Program-made: the position numbers and the translations under genes | Notes under the pieces: generated by a model | Database searches by the model: none | Seen by the model: only the letters and a program-made list of their open reading frames with translations | Told to the model about the DNA's origin: nothing | Assembly (NCBI GenBank): GCA_045837725.1 | Contig: JBEWZL010000006.1 | Span: forward strand, 1-64,000 | DNA: 64,000 nt | DNA from: Vermamoeba vermiformis | Lineage: Eukaryota | Direction: 5' to 3' | Shown here: in pieces, positions 50,478 to 62,618 of the stretch | Position numbering within the stretch: the first letter of the stretch is position 1 | Layout: every line of letters begins with the position of its first letter

Positions 50478-52714
50478 ATGGAACGCTACGAAATTATCAA
50501 ATTATTGAACGAGGACGCAACTGGATCCTCTTGTTTAGTGCGACGCAAAGCTGACGGACAGCTATTAGTGTGCCGAAAAAATATTTACTCGAACATTGAT
50601 GAAGCAAATAAGGGGCTACAAGAGGTACGGCATAGCACAGCGTCGAGAAAATTATCCAAGCTAATTACTTTTTTGACTTCAGGCTCTATCCCTGTCTCGG
50701 TTCAACAGCGAATTTATCACACAATACGAAGACTTTTTTCTTCATATAAGACAAGAAGAGAGTAAGCTACCAAACTTTACGTTCGCGGGCCGCGCCCATC
50801 CGAATTGTTTATTTCTAACACAACTATCCGGATCTGCTAACTATCGATGTTATACTTAGATAAGTCTCTCTTCGAATTGAATTTGGTACGAGAATACTGT
50901 GCCGGAGGAACTTTAAGAGACAAACTTAATGGAGCACGTGAACGTACCAACGGCGATTCACACTCCGAACCAGATCTGCTCCCATCACTTGTAAGTACCA
51001 TTGAATGATGCTATATGATTTAACATAGCATGTAGTTAGTAGAAAGATGGATTGGCGAGCTGTGCAAAGCATTGAAAGAAGTACATTCGGTACGCGTGAT
51101 CCACGGCAACTTGAACAGCGAGAACATCTTCTTGACATCGCACAATAATATCAAAATTGGCGACTTTGGTCACGCAAGATCAAAAGATTCAAGCGAGGTA
51201 CGTAACTGCAACTAAATTTAGCGAAACATTGTTGATGACACGTGTCAACTTTTAGAACACGAAGACCAAGTACTACTCAGCGCCAGAAGTTTATCACGAT
51301 CAAGATCGATCGTACAAATCAGACGTGTGGTCACTAGGATGTATCATATTCGAGATTAGTACCAGCAGAATTCTCGACGTCGAAGATATCAATTTCAACG
51401 ACCTGCTTGAACAAGGCGGCAGTGACCTCCTCAAAGACATGCTTCGAATATTCTTTCCTAGGGTAAAGCTAATAGTCAATCCTGATGTATACTAATAACA
51501 TATAATGTAGAATCGAGCACATATCTTGAGTTTAGTCGAGTTAATGTTAGAGCCAGATCCGTCCAAAAGACCATCAATGGAAGAAGTTCTGAAGCATGAA
51601 TTCTTCGAAAGATGTACGCTACAATCGTTGAAAGTTAAAGAACTGAGCCACTCTTCGTTTGAGAAGCTCGACGATGAACTAAAAGGTAATAATCTTGTCG
51701 CTATTTGGAAAGTCGTACTTTGACACGTGTCATTTAGACGGCATTGTCAGAATTCTTTCCAAAAGCGACGTTGATGCCACGTTGAATCTGATGGCACAAG
51801 AACTGCACAATGAGCCACGAATGAGGTTTCTATTCTGGAACAAAAAAGATGCTGAACGGCTAGAATTAACAAAGGTAAGGAATATTACTTAATCACTGAA
51901 TAGTACTAACCTATCTTTCACAGTTGATAATGAAATACATGGTTAAGTTTTGTGCCAAAAAAGGAAATCATTTGTGGGGCCGTTTCGACGCCGGCGGCAA
52001 ACTTCAGGTACGTCAAGAACTTATTCTTTTATTATTTTATCTAACAATCGAGAAGGCGGCAGCATTGTGGCTCCCTCCCAATCGAGATCTGAGACCATCA
52101 ATCTCCAGATTAGTTCGAGGTAAGTTCCAATCAACATAACATCGTGCATATTGAGTCTTATATTTGCTCTAGCTGGCTTGGAAAACATTCGATCGTGGAT
52201 CGTGAAGATAGGCCCGAAAGCGTCGCTCAAAATAATGATGCTGATAGATTTCTACGAGAAATTAGCGTTGAATGATTTGCCCGAAGATTGTTGGATATTA
52301 ATGCACATAGCTGTAGAAACTGATTTGCAACGTAAAGGATTAGGCCGGCATTTATTATCGGAGATTTTCAAAGGTAAGCTTACCCATGACCCGTGTGAAG
52401 TGCTATGTTCGTGCAACTTTTTCTTAATACTAATGACTCACTATCAATATGTAGTGGTGGATTTTGATGGTCAGTGCTGCGCTACACTGTGTTTTGACAA
52501 TCATGCCGTAGAATTCTTTCTTAAGCTCGGGTTTTCGCTCGTCAAAACCATCGCTGAACCCATCAAATCTATGCGAGATTGTCCTTCGTGTCAATTACTC
52601 ATCAGGAGGCCTCGTGTTGATATTGATAGATCTTTAAGCCCTAGAAACTCTTCTAATGATATTTTGACCCCAAGAAAGAAGCACGCATCGAAACGACCCT
52701 CATTTGTGCTCTGA
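50478..52714 (+). CDS. NEK-like pseudokinase fused to a C-terminal GNAT acetyltransferase, copy 2 (tandem paralog)
   Basis: The kinase part has MERYEIIKLL, VCRK, EYCAGGTL, HGNLNSENIFL, IKIGDFG, YSAPE and SDVWSLGC. The GNAT part has AAALWLPP, WILMHIAVETDLQRKGLGRHLL and VEFFLKLGF. The exon layout is largely shared with copy 1. Confidence 0.88.
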
Positions 52715-52890
52715 TCTCAAGCAAGATGGTGTGAAGTAAACTGTAAATTTGCCAAAGAATTACTCATATGAACTAATCGAGCTCTGCGCTGCCTTAATAC
52801 TGCAATCGGATCCATTGTGGTGTCATATTTTGTGTTCAAAAATTTTCATTTTTACGTAAACTCAAACCAAGCTCCAACAAATCTCAGACT

Positions 52891-53389
52891 ATGAGCGACG
52901 ACCAACTTAGTGAACTTCGCGATGCATTCAATGCGTACGTTATTTTATTTGTTTCTTTGGCGATATCGCTTGATTAATGTCTGACTTGATCTACGTACAG
53001 CATGGACAAGGATGGCAATGGCTTCATTGAAAAGAGAGAATTGAAAAATTTATTGCTAGCTCTTGGCGAAAGTCCGACTGATAAAGACGTATGAGCATCA
53101 CAAACTGGATCTGTTCTTGAAAGCAAAAATTTTCCTAATTTTAAATACACAGGTTGATGATATGTTCAAAGCTGCTGATGTTAATGGCGACGGTCAAATT
53201 AGCTTCGGTAAATATTTTCAATTATTTTTATCGCGTGGTGACTTGATATTTCTGACCAATTTCTATCCGACTTTTCATCGAGTCCAAATTATGCGTAATT
53301 ATAATGACGGTGTAATATATACCGTATGATGATAATCTAACGTTAATTTTCCTTCAGATGAGTTCGCCAAGGTTGTCACCGGAAATTGA
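52891..53389 (+). CDS. Small two-EF-hand (single-lobe calmodulin-like) calcium-binding protein, ~72 aa, 4 exons
   Basis: MSDDQLSELRDAFNA|MDKDGNGFIEKRELKNLLLALGESPTDKD|VDDMFKAADVNGDGQISF|DEFAKVVTGN*. Confidence 0.9.
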
Positions 53390-53676
53390 AGCCCGCAGAA
53401 CAAATCCGCTTAGAGCGATTGCCTCGACCTTCAATGACTCATACCTGTTTATAATAAATAAACCCCTTATTCTTACACAAATCTCACCCCAAGCAAAAAA
53501 AGACGAGCGAAATCCGCTGCCACGTGCTTCAATCACGCGACGGGATGAAAAATTAGGCAACTCCATTTTTAACACAAACACAGCGACGAGCTACCACAAT
53601 TGAAGTTTTAATAACTTTTAATCGTATTCAACCGTTTATTCAACAACAAGTTCGAATACAGTCAATTTGACAGTAG

Positions 53677-54365
53677 ATGGCCAATAAATCTGATATAGAG
53701 CTCCGTAGTTTCTTCACACAGATAGATAAAGATGGTAAGCCTGCCATAACTCATAAATAATTATCAAATTATTATTAGAAGAAATTCGTGTTTGCAGGAA
53801 TCTGCTTCATCTCAGATTTCTTGTTTATGAAAAGATTATTGGTCCTAACATTATTATTTTTTAGGTGACAATCTTATAGACTTCAATGATTTCAAAGCAT
53901 TGCTAAAAGGCCTTGACAATAGGCTAACAGATCGAGATGTAAGAGCTAAATTTGATTTTCTTCCAGATTACGGGAAACTCTTGCAAACTCCGGAAGTTCC
54001 GGTATTCAGAGTTCATACGTTGAATAATAATAATTTAATACGCACCATAATCGGAGCGTATCGCTTTCATGGGAAATTTACTGAGTTCAATCTGATATTT
54101 ATGCGGATTTAGCTAACTTTCTCCTTTCTCACAGATTTTAGAAGTCTTGTCCGTCTCTGACGCTGATGAAGATGGTGCTCTAAATTACGGTAAGTCATAA
54201 CTCTCAAATCTCTACACAATCTTGCAACTACTGTCATCTGTTTCGTTCAACACGATCTAATCTTGTTTTTTATTTATAGAGGAATTCGTTCATTTTTTAA
54301 GAGCAGAAAAGGTTAAAGATCACGATGACGATTTGGAATATTCAATATCTGAACTGCAGATGTGA
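53677..54365 (+). CDS. Second small two-EF-hand protein, ~90 aa, 4 exons
   Basis: MANKSDIELRSFFTQIDKDG|DNLIDFNDFKALLKGLDNRLTDRD|ILEVLSVSDADEDGALNY|EEFVHFLRAEKVKDHDDDLEYSISELQM*. Confidence 0.85.
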
Positions 54366-54711
54366 CATTCAGCTCACCCAATTAATTTTTTTTGCTGATC
54401 AACTTGTATTACCGAATCTCGTTGATCTCACTTGTAATCTTTGTAAATATGAACTTCGTAATATAAATAGGCCACAGTCTTTTAACAAAACTCCGGATGG
54501 AGCTCACAAGTTTTTCCTTTTCTCCGAGTAACCTTCTATCAAGCTATTTACTTTCAAATCATGTTATTAGCTCTCTGTGACGTATTTGCTCGATCGACGG
54601 TTGAAATATCAAAGCGCCGTTGGTTGTTCGCTAGATTTCGTACTGGTGGGATGAGTTGCATAAATTTCCGAAAAGCGCTTTATTCTATCGATTATACATT
54701 GTTCTTATTAT

Positions 54712-55862
54712 TTAAACAAGAGATTGTTCTTCTCGCAGGTATTCTCCGAGATCGGCTTGATGGAAACAAACAATTTCGGTAGGATCCAACTTGCGGCATT
54801 CTTGAGTTGACTTGTTGGTGACTCCAAAGCCCAAAGGTACGTCAGCCATATTATATACAACAACTCCTTGATATCTACAATTAAATTAATCGTTAGATCC
54901 GCAGCGATTGATTCGATCAGAAAATCTTCCTGTTCAATTTAGCTTTCAATTCGAGATTTGAATTAAATCAAAGATACTCAATTGAATAAGATTCATTTAC
55001 CATATTTAATAAACTCTTAATTCAGCAATATCTTAGTTCGTAACCATTAAAATTTTTAAGCTGAAAGTTGCGAACGCCATCCGCAATTAATGTTGAAGAG
55101 ATTGAAAGCCTCATTGCTATTAAATATACATATGTATAGTAGAGATGCTTACTGAGGGGTATTTTCGGTGATACGACCAAGACCAGCCTTCAAGACGTGG
55201 TTTCCGTACAAGAAAGACAATTCTGCGGATGGCTTGACCCAAACCTTGTACTATACAATAAAATGCGTTAAAAACGTGTATTGTGATAATATTATACTAA
55301 ATAGTAATATATAAGATCGCTTGGTTAATTTGTTTTGGATCGGATCTCGACTTACTTTAGCATAAGGAGCCAAATAGTCCAAAGCAGTAATGTGTAATCT
55401 GAATTTTCCTGTCTTAGTGAATTTTCCAAAGCAAACGCCAAGGCTCAAAAGCTTTTTTCGTTCAACGTTTGTTGCGCGAGTCATGATGCGTTCTCTGGTG
55501 GATCGCGAAAAAGTTAGTTGAAGTTATTAACGATTATAAGCGTATTAAAAATCAGATGACACTTACGGCAAATAATATACGCGATCTCTGTGTAATCTGA
55601 AGCAATAAGTCTCATCTTCACGTTCGATCAAAAATTTAATATTCCTTCCAATACTATCAAACAAATAATCCACATTAGTTATATGTTATACATTCATGTG
55701 TATTTCATATATTGATATAATATTAATTTTCTGTAATTATACAATAAAGTTTTGGATCGAATCCCGAATCAGATCCGATCGATCCGAAGCTGAACCGACA
55801 ACTTACTATTTGGCCAACTTCTCAAAGAATGTCTTTGTTTCTTCGTCTGTAAGAGGTCTCAT
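54712..55862 (-). CDS. NIP7: 60S ribosome biogenesis protein Nip7
   Basis: [21 protein letters not shown]...[33 protein letters not shown]...[26 protein letters not shown]...[12 protein letters not shown]. Confidence 0.97.
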
Positions 55863-55997
55863 ATTGTTATTATGGTTATCAATCTATGTTACAAGATAAT
55901 TTGGATGATTTTTTCTCTGTCATTTTATTGCGATCCGGTGAAGCAGAAAACAACCGATTTTATTGTAAATATAATGTATATTAGTAATCGGTGATAA
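55863..55997. promoter_or_regulatory. Putative bidirectional promoter NIP7 / AP5Z1
   Basis: Divergent start codons are only 135 bp apart. Confidence 0.6.
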
Positions 55998-58900
55998 ATG
56001 GAGATAGTCAGCAAAATACAGCAATTCACAGATGAAGATCTGACGAAGTTGCTGGGGAAGCTTACAAAGGTAAAGATAAATTGTGACATCATAAAAATAA
56101 CTATGCCTGATAATAACTAGATGGCACGGCGCAATTATTCGCGTTGAAATAATTAAATTAATTTCGGAAGATTTTTTTGACTTTTCCTTCAACAGATCTT
56201 GCTGCGTAATGACCAAAATTTAGAGAGACTTCATTAATAATTTTTATTATTTTCCTTTTGATTGTCTAAACGATTAATTATTGCTTAACAGCGCATTTAA
56301 TTTTTCAACACCTCGATTATTATGGCGCTTCAAATGCTAATTCTAACATTTATTTATTACTTAGCTATTAGACTCGAGCGATAATTTAAAGAGCACAGAA
56401 ACAGCAAATACATTGAGGAGCATATTTCAAGTTCTTAATGCTCGACCAAACGAATTTGATATTCCCGACGATGTAGTCCAAAAAATGTACGTATAATATA
56501 CGCTAAATAGTGTTTGTCATATGATTTTCTGCTTAAATTACGCATCTAAAGTTTTTCGAATGAATTCGCGGCACATTCATTTCTCAGCATTATTTATCCC
56601 TACTATTTCATACAATTATAATGATTGATATAATAAGCCCTTGTAGCCGTCATCTTAATTATTAATAATTGTCCTATTACAGCTACTTCGCAGTGGAAGA
56701 CGAAAAAACACCACTCAAAACACGTGCTCTGTGTGCATTTGTGCTGAATGAATTGATCTACGGAGACGTTTCGTTCTTGAAAGAAAAGTATGTATTGATT
56801 ATAGTCCTCGCCTATTATCCATATCATAAATATTACTCGATCCGATGCATATTGGAGTAGTAAACACGAGTTCAAACACACGGAAACTAAAATTAATCAC
56901 TCTTTTTTAGTTTGCGACAGTATAAAAAGCACTATCTGACAGCAATATTGCCATTGTTACTATCACTCGGCACGCAAGACTGTTATCAATCCAATTTGAA
57001 CAACATTATTTACTGGATCTCCGCCGAGGATTACAGTTTAAGAAGCAGCACATTACCAGCAGTAGTCCATATGGGTACGTATGATAAACACTATATGTGC
57101 CGGGAACTATATGTGCGATATTTCGAAAAGCCATAATGACTAATATGGGCCTCTATTTTTAGCTCGCAAGTACCCCACAATGTTGCAATACAAAAAACAC
57201 TTGAAGCCAATAGAAGCACAAATGCTCAAATGGCTCATTAGCGCCAGCACTGTATCGGCCAAGCCCAACGCTGCAGGTGGTTTACGTAAGTACTAGCATT
57301 AAGTGTCATCGAATGGCACGTGTCAACTTTTGACACTTCTAGAGCACGTGTCACGAACTAACGCACCTTCATACTAGTGCTCAAATTGAACATTTCTAAG
57401 CCTATTCCCGTCACTGAAATGGATGGCTCGCCGTCACGTGATTTTTTCACGGTGTTGAATATCTCACAATTGTACACTGAAGACCAAGTGTTCAACATTC
57501 ACGCGTTTTCAATGCTGTTCACATGGCTCCAATTATTGTATCATAATCGAAAGAACGAATTGTACAGCACTATCAAACGAACAAAATCAGATGCGAATTT
57601 GATCAGCAGTCCTGTAGCGAGCCCTGGCGGACCACCACCTGAAAGTATGTATAATACAATATCATTTGCTTATTAAGAGTCCGGGGTCTATCAAGAAATG
57701 TCATTAATTTTCCTTTTAGGCAATCCAAGCGATCAGAATGACAGCGCAAGTACCCCGACAGAACTATACAGGTATGTCACTTCAAACGAAAGGCATTTAG
57801 AGCATGATATTAACGGTGCTATTTTTAGACTGGACTTTGACTTCCAAGAGAATTTAATCAAGTACTGTCTCCGAGTGATCGATCAGGCTAAAATCAAATT
57901 GCCTAATGTGGACAACGCGGCAAAGTCACTGCAACAAACTAATAGAGAAGTCGCTGATATAGCTATGCTTGAATCAATTAGAGTGTTGGACTCATTGTGC
58001 TCGCTCGATGAAGCATTGGTACGCTTTCAGTGAAAATTTTTACACTTGCCTTATTTGGTAATTGACTAAATAATTTACAGGTGCCCAAATTGTTTCCAAT
58101 TATGAAGAAACTTTTCAATATTATCAAAGCACGATCAGTCGCTGAAACAACGAACACTTCACAGTCCTCAAATTCTTCACAAATGAACCTCAGTTATTCT
58201 CCTGCGATTGAACGGATTGGCGGGCTAATAGATTTAGCGCTTTTGCAATTCTTTTTGAATCACAGCGAGAAAGTCGTTTATGATCCTGAACCTTTGTTCA
58301 GGTCATACTTTGAGACCTGCCTCAGCAACAACTGTAAGTATTTCATGTGATACTTTTCCATATACTCTTTGTACTCCACGGTCACAGACGAAATAATGTC
58401 ACGTGGTTTACTTTGCAACTATTCTAATTGTCAATTTGATTAGATAAGGACCCTGTCTTGGCATTCGAAACATTGAACTTTTGCGCACAAAACAAAGTCG
58501 CGCTATTGAACAATACTATAGTCTTTCAACGATACTTCCCGCCCCTGATGAAACTTTATGCTTGGCACCCGACTGATTTTTACACGTACGTAGTTTTAGA
58601 ATGACACTTTGACACCTGTCATCCCCAAGTTTGTACCCAATATTTTGACAAATCATCAATCGTTTAATGATATCCATAGTTGTACAATATAATAGATGCC
58701 TAATATAATACGTTTTCATAGTGAGATTGAAGAGTTGTTCCCTGCATTCATCGGGCCATCGACCTACATGGAGCTCTTCCACTCGATTTTGGACTTGCCG
58801 TTACTCGCAGCCGCTTTAGAACGAATAGAATACGAACGAGGTACGTCGTACTTATCAATACTTCATATGCTTTAATCTTCGAGAAGAATTTGCACTCGTG

Positions 58901-60322
58901 TCGATGCATGTCTTTTGCTAATATTTCCTGTGAATTAAAGATGAGGACATTGTCTCAACATCATCAAGTCTCACGGCCTCGACGACCTCAAGTGTACCTT
59001 CATCTCCGCTGCCTTCAGCGCACTCGTCAATGTCTAATATTCCGCCGTTAAGTGCAATCACAACACCTACCAAGTACCCTTCACTTTCACGCAACGCTAG
59101 TATTAGCAATTTTGACTCGTTAATGTCACCTGGCCAACTGCCACGGCCTCATTCAAGTACGTCACTTTACTTTATGAGAACAAATTTTTTAATTGTTGGT
59201 ACTGTCAGACGTTGAAGTGTCAGCTGATTGGTACCGCAACAAGTACCGTGTGTTGTACAACTATCTCTTGCGTAACGAGAGTGGTGTTACAATCAACTTT
59301 TGGGACTCATCGACGACATTAGGACTCATCACAAATTTCTGCAAGGTAAGACTTAGAAAGTGCTCGCGTCGTACTCGGAACTCAAATTGCCTTATTAGGA
59401 AATTTCCATCTCGCCACGAACACAACTCGTCTCGAAACAAGCTATCACACTGCTACACTTGTATTTTGACGTGTTGATTGCTTATGGCGACGAAAGAGAC
59501 TTGGAGTCAATGGTCCCTATTATGCTCGAACGAATGGACCAGCTGTTCCCGCTCGAAGCATATCAAGACCAGATCCGCAAAGTGTTAATCGAGAAGATTG
59601 TCGCCATATTCGAGAAATGCCCTACATTCGTTTACACGCTGAAGAAGTGGATTGTTATGATGATGAATGACAGTGGCGTCAATCGACAGCGCGAAGAGTT
59701 AGTGTTGCATTTGTGCTGGTTGATCGGCGAGTACTGCCAGCCCAATGGCCCTGTTGGCCCTCAAATCATGCACGATTATGAAGAAGTGAGTGCCTTTGCA
59801 TAGTTACGCATGAGCTTTTACTAAACTTTTTTTAGATGCTCGAGTTGTTCGCTTTTGAGCGAATGTCACTAGCAAGTATGACAGCCAACCAAGACACAAG
59901 CGATACAACTGTCGAAGGACAATATCAACTAAACGAGATTAGGTAAGATAATAAGGAAAGCTACGCGAACATTAGGATTGACACGTTTCACTTTCAGATA
60001 CAACAATCGTGTCATGTCAGTGGTTATCAACAGTTTGACAAAGCTAGCTGCACGATGGCAACCCCTTACTAGTCGTGTACAGCTTTGTCTCCACAAGATC
60101 TTGCGTTACAAGAACTATTTCTTGCCGTCAGTCATTTCGCACGCCAATCTGTGCCTCAACTTGCTCAAGTCTCCGAGCATCGCTGCGTCAATCCTCGATT
60201 CACGGCACCGAACAGAACTTGCTACAAGCCACGTAGACACCAACTCTTCTTTACCATTTTTGTTAAGCGACACTTCTGACCTCGTGGCTGGTCGCAAAAT
60301 TCACGAGTTCGGAAATTGGTGA
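55998..60322 (+). CDS. AP5Z1: AP-5 adaptor complex subunit zeta-1, multi-exon
   Basis: Motifs include VTEMDGSPSRDFFTVLN...TEDQVFNIHAFSMLFTWL, LLQFFLNHSE, FPPLMKLYAWHP, ELFHSILDLPLLAAAL, LCWLIGEY, LTKLAAR and LNLLKSPSIA. Confidence 0.9.
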
Positions 60323-60947
60323 AAAAAAAAACAGATGTACAAATAAAACCTCCTTTGTGTTAAATGTTTTCTTTATTTCTTATGTACCAATATGGTATAT
60401 TCCAAAACTTCATAAATAAGGTACCTGGAAAAACGCAGTAACCGAACGAACTTCGTGCCAATGAAACTGATTTCTGGATTCGCAGTCGTTGTGAACCTAC
60501 GCGGCCGCTAGTATAGCACCAGTACTTGCCTTGTGCAGTTAGCGCATAAAATAGAGTAATAAAAAGTACCTTGAACACAATTAAATTGCGGAGATAAGAA
60601 GATTATTCTTCCTCAATAATAAACAGTCCTGTATTCTAAAGTTCGATATATTTACATTAGCATTGTTAATTATCAAGAGCGAGCGAAGAAAATTATATCA
60701 TTATTTGAATTAATTTCGAAAATATAAAAATAAATCTGCACGTTGCCTGGATTCGGATCGGATCACCATTTCAATCTTCGCTGGTCCAGTAAGAAACCCT
60801 GCATTAACGAGAACTGCCATAAAAATGTGTTAAGCCCAGAGCCGAGCCAAGGGTATGTACATATTTGGATGATGCCTTCGTCCGAGAACGAAGTTACCAT
60901 GAGTAAAGTGACGGGCGCACGGAGTCAAGATCCGAACACCACAACGC

Positions 60948-62618
60948 TTAGTATCGTCGTTGTCTTTTGGAGTCTCGCTCTTCGCCGTCATAGTAGTCTC
61001 GTTCACGATCGTGTGACTTCCTTCGCTCGGCACTGTCGCGAGATCTAGGCTCTCTGTCCCAGTCATCGCGATCTGACCGACGATCAGATCTGTAGTCACG
61101 ACGATCACCTCCACCGCGCTCTCGACGGTCATAATCACGTCGTTCGTATTCGCGCGATGAGCCTCTATGACGGTCGTAATCTCGGCTAATCAACGTTGAA
61201 GATTAATCATGTCACAAATTGCTCTAACCAGCCACAACACTTACCTGTTGTACGAGCGACCATCGTCTCTGGAGCGCTTTCTTTCAGACGAATCAGCACG
61301 TTTTTTCTATGGAGAAAAAGTTATTAGCGTTTGTATAGGAGAAGAAGTGTGATGGTTACTTACGTGGTACTCTTGGATGCGACGACGAATCAGCTCCCAG
61401 CCTTGATGTTGCTTGCCTTCCAAGTGACTGTTTTGTCGTCGTTCAGTGTCGCCCTGAACTAACTTGGCACCGCAGACCTTGCACACTTGCATCTTACGGT
61501 CAGGCAATGCGGTCATCGGCACGTTGCAAGTCTTGTAGATGCCGTCGCGCTCGTGCTTCAGGGTATCGATAAGCTTCATCAAGGTGCTTGCCTCTTCTAC
61601 TTTGGCATCCTCGACTAAGAGCTCAATCTACGAAATAAGAGTCAGAAAGAGAAAAGTTTATCGAACAAAAAAAAAATAGTTTGATCGCAGATCGTTGCGT
61701 ACCTCTTTGCTAACTTCTTCAATTCGTGTATTAATAGCATCAATACGCTTCTTTTGTTCTTCGGGTATATTGCCTTCGGGCTTTAGTCAAAAGAAGAACG
61801 TCAGTAAAAGGACAAGAAGATTCGGATGGAGTCGATCGAACGACCTTTTGTTAATTTGCTATTGGTAAAAAGAAAAGAATATCACGCAGTTATGACTCAC
61901 GCAACTCCAATCGATACTCATAAAGAGCCTCCCGTTTCGAGCGTGCACGACAAAGCCGAAGCCTTGACGTGCAAGGATGAAGCACCAACCCGAAACGCGG
62001 ACCAAAACGGTGTCGCGCACGAGCTAGTACCCACCCAAGCACTCGAACGTTGTGAAGTTAGATCTAAGGACCGCGTTTTTTGAATTTGCAAAGAGGAAAG
62101 AAAGAGGGAAAGGGTGGATTTGGTTTGGCACGTACCACTGCGTTTTGAATCTCGGCTTGCTCTTCAGCTTTTCGAATCTTTCGGTCTGCATCATTGACCA
62201 TGTTCTCCAAAAATCTAATAAACCGTTCCTCATATCCGTAGCGGTCCTTCTTTTCTGAAGACAGCTGTTCATATCTGTCGATGATCGAAAAGGGTAAGTG
62301 GCTGCTCCTTATACGCAACGCAATATTTTATTAAGGTTGTACTTACTCTTTTCTACACTCTTCGTCGTGTTCTTGGCGACAGGGACCTACACATTATTTA
62401 TATATAATTTTTTTATTGTCGAATCTCCGCTGCTTTTGCTTACCAAGATGGTCGCTCTTCGTATTTACGAAGAGCTCATGCGGACAAAAACCGCATAGAA
62501 AGAATTTGCATACGCGCTCATCGTCGAAGTGCTTCTGCTTGTTCTTTTTCTCTTCTGGAAGCAAGTCACGATCCGCTCCCAAGAGCTCATCCAATTGCTG
62601 ACGAAACAGATCTACCAT
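60948..62618 (-). CDS. LUC7: Luc7-family U1 snRNP-associated splicing factor
   Basis: It begins MVDLFRQQLDELLG, with ZnF1 (VCKFFLCGFCPHELFVNTKSD), ZnF2 (MQVCKVCGA...HLEGKQHQGW) and an RD/RE/RS-rich tail. Confidence 0.95.

Noticed and set aside
54878-55152. Long NIP7 intron as a possible snoRNA host
   Set aside because: No convincing C/D (RUGAUGA/CUGA with terminal stem) or H/ACA arrangement was seen.
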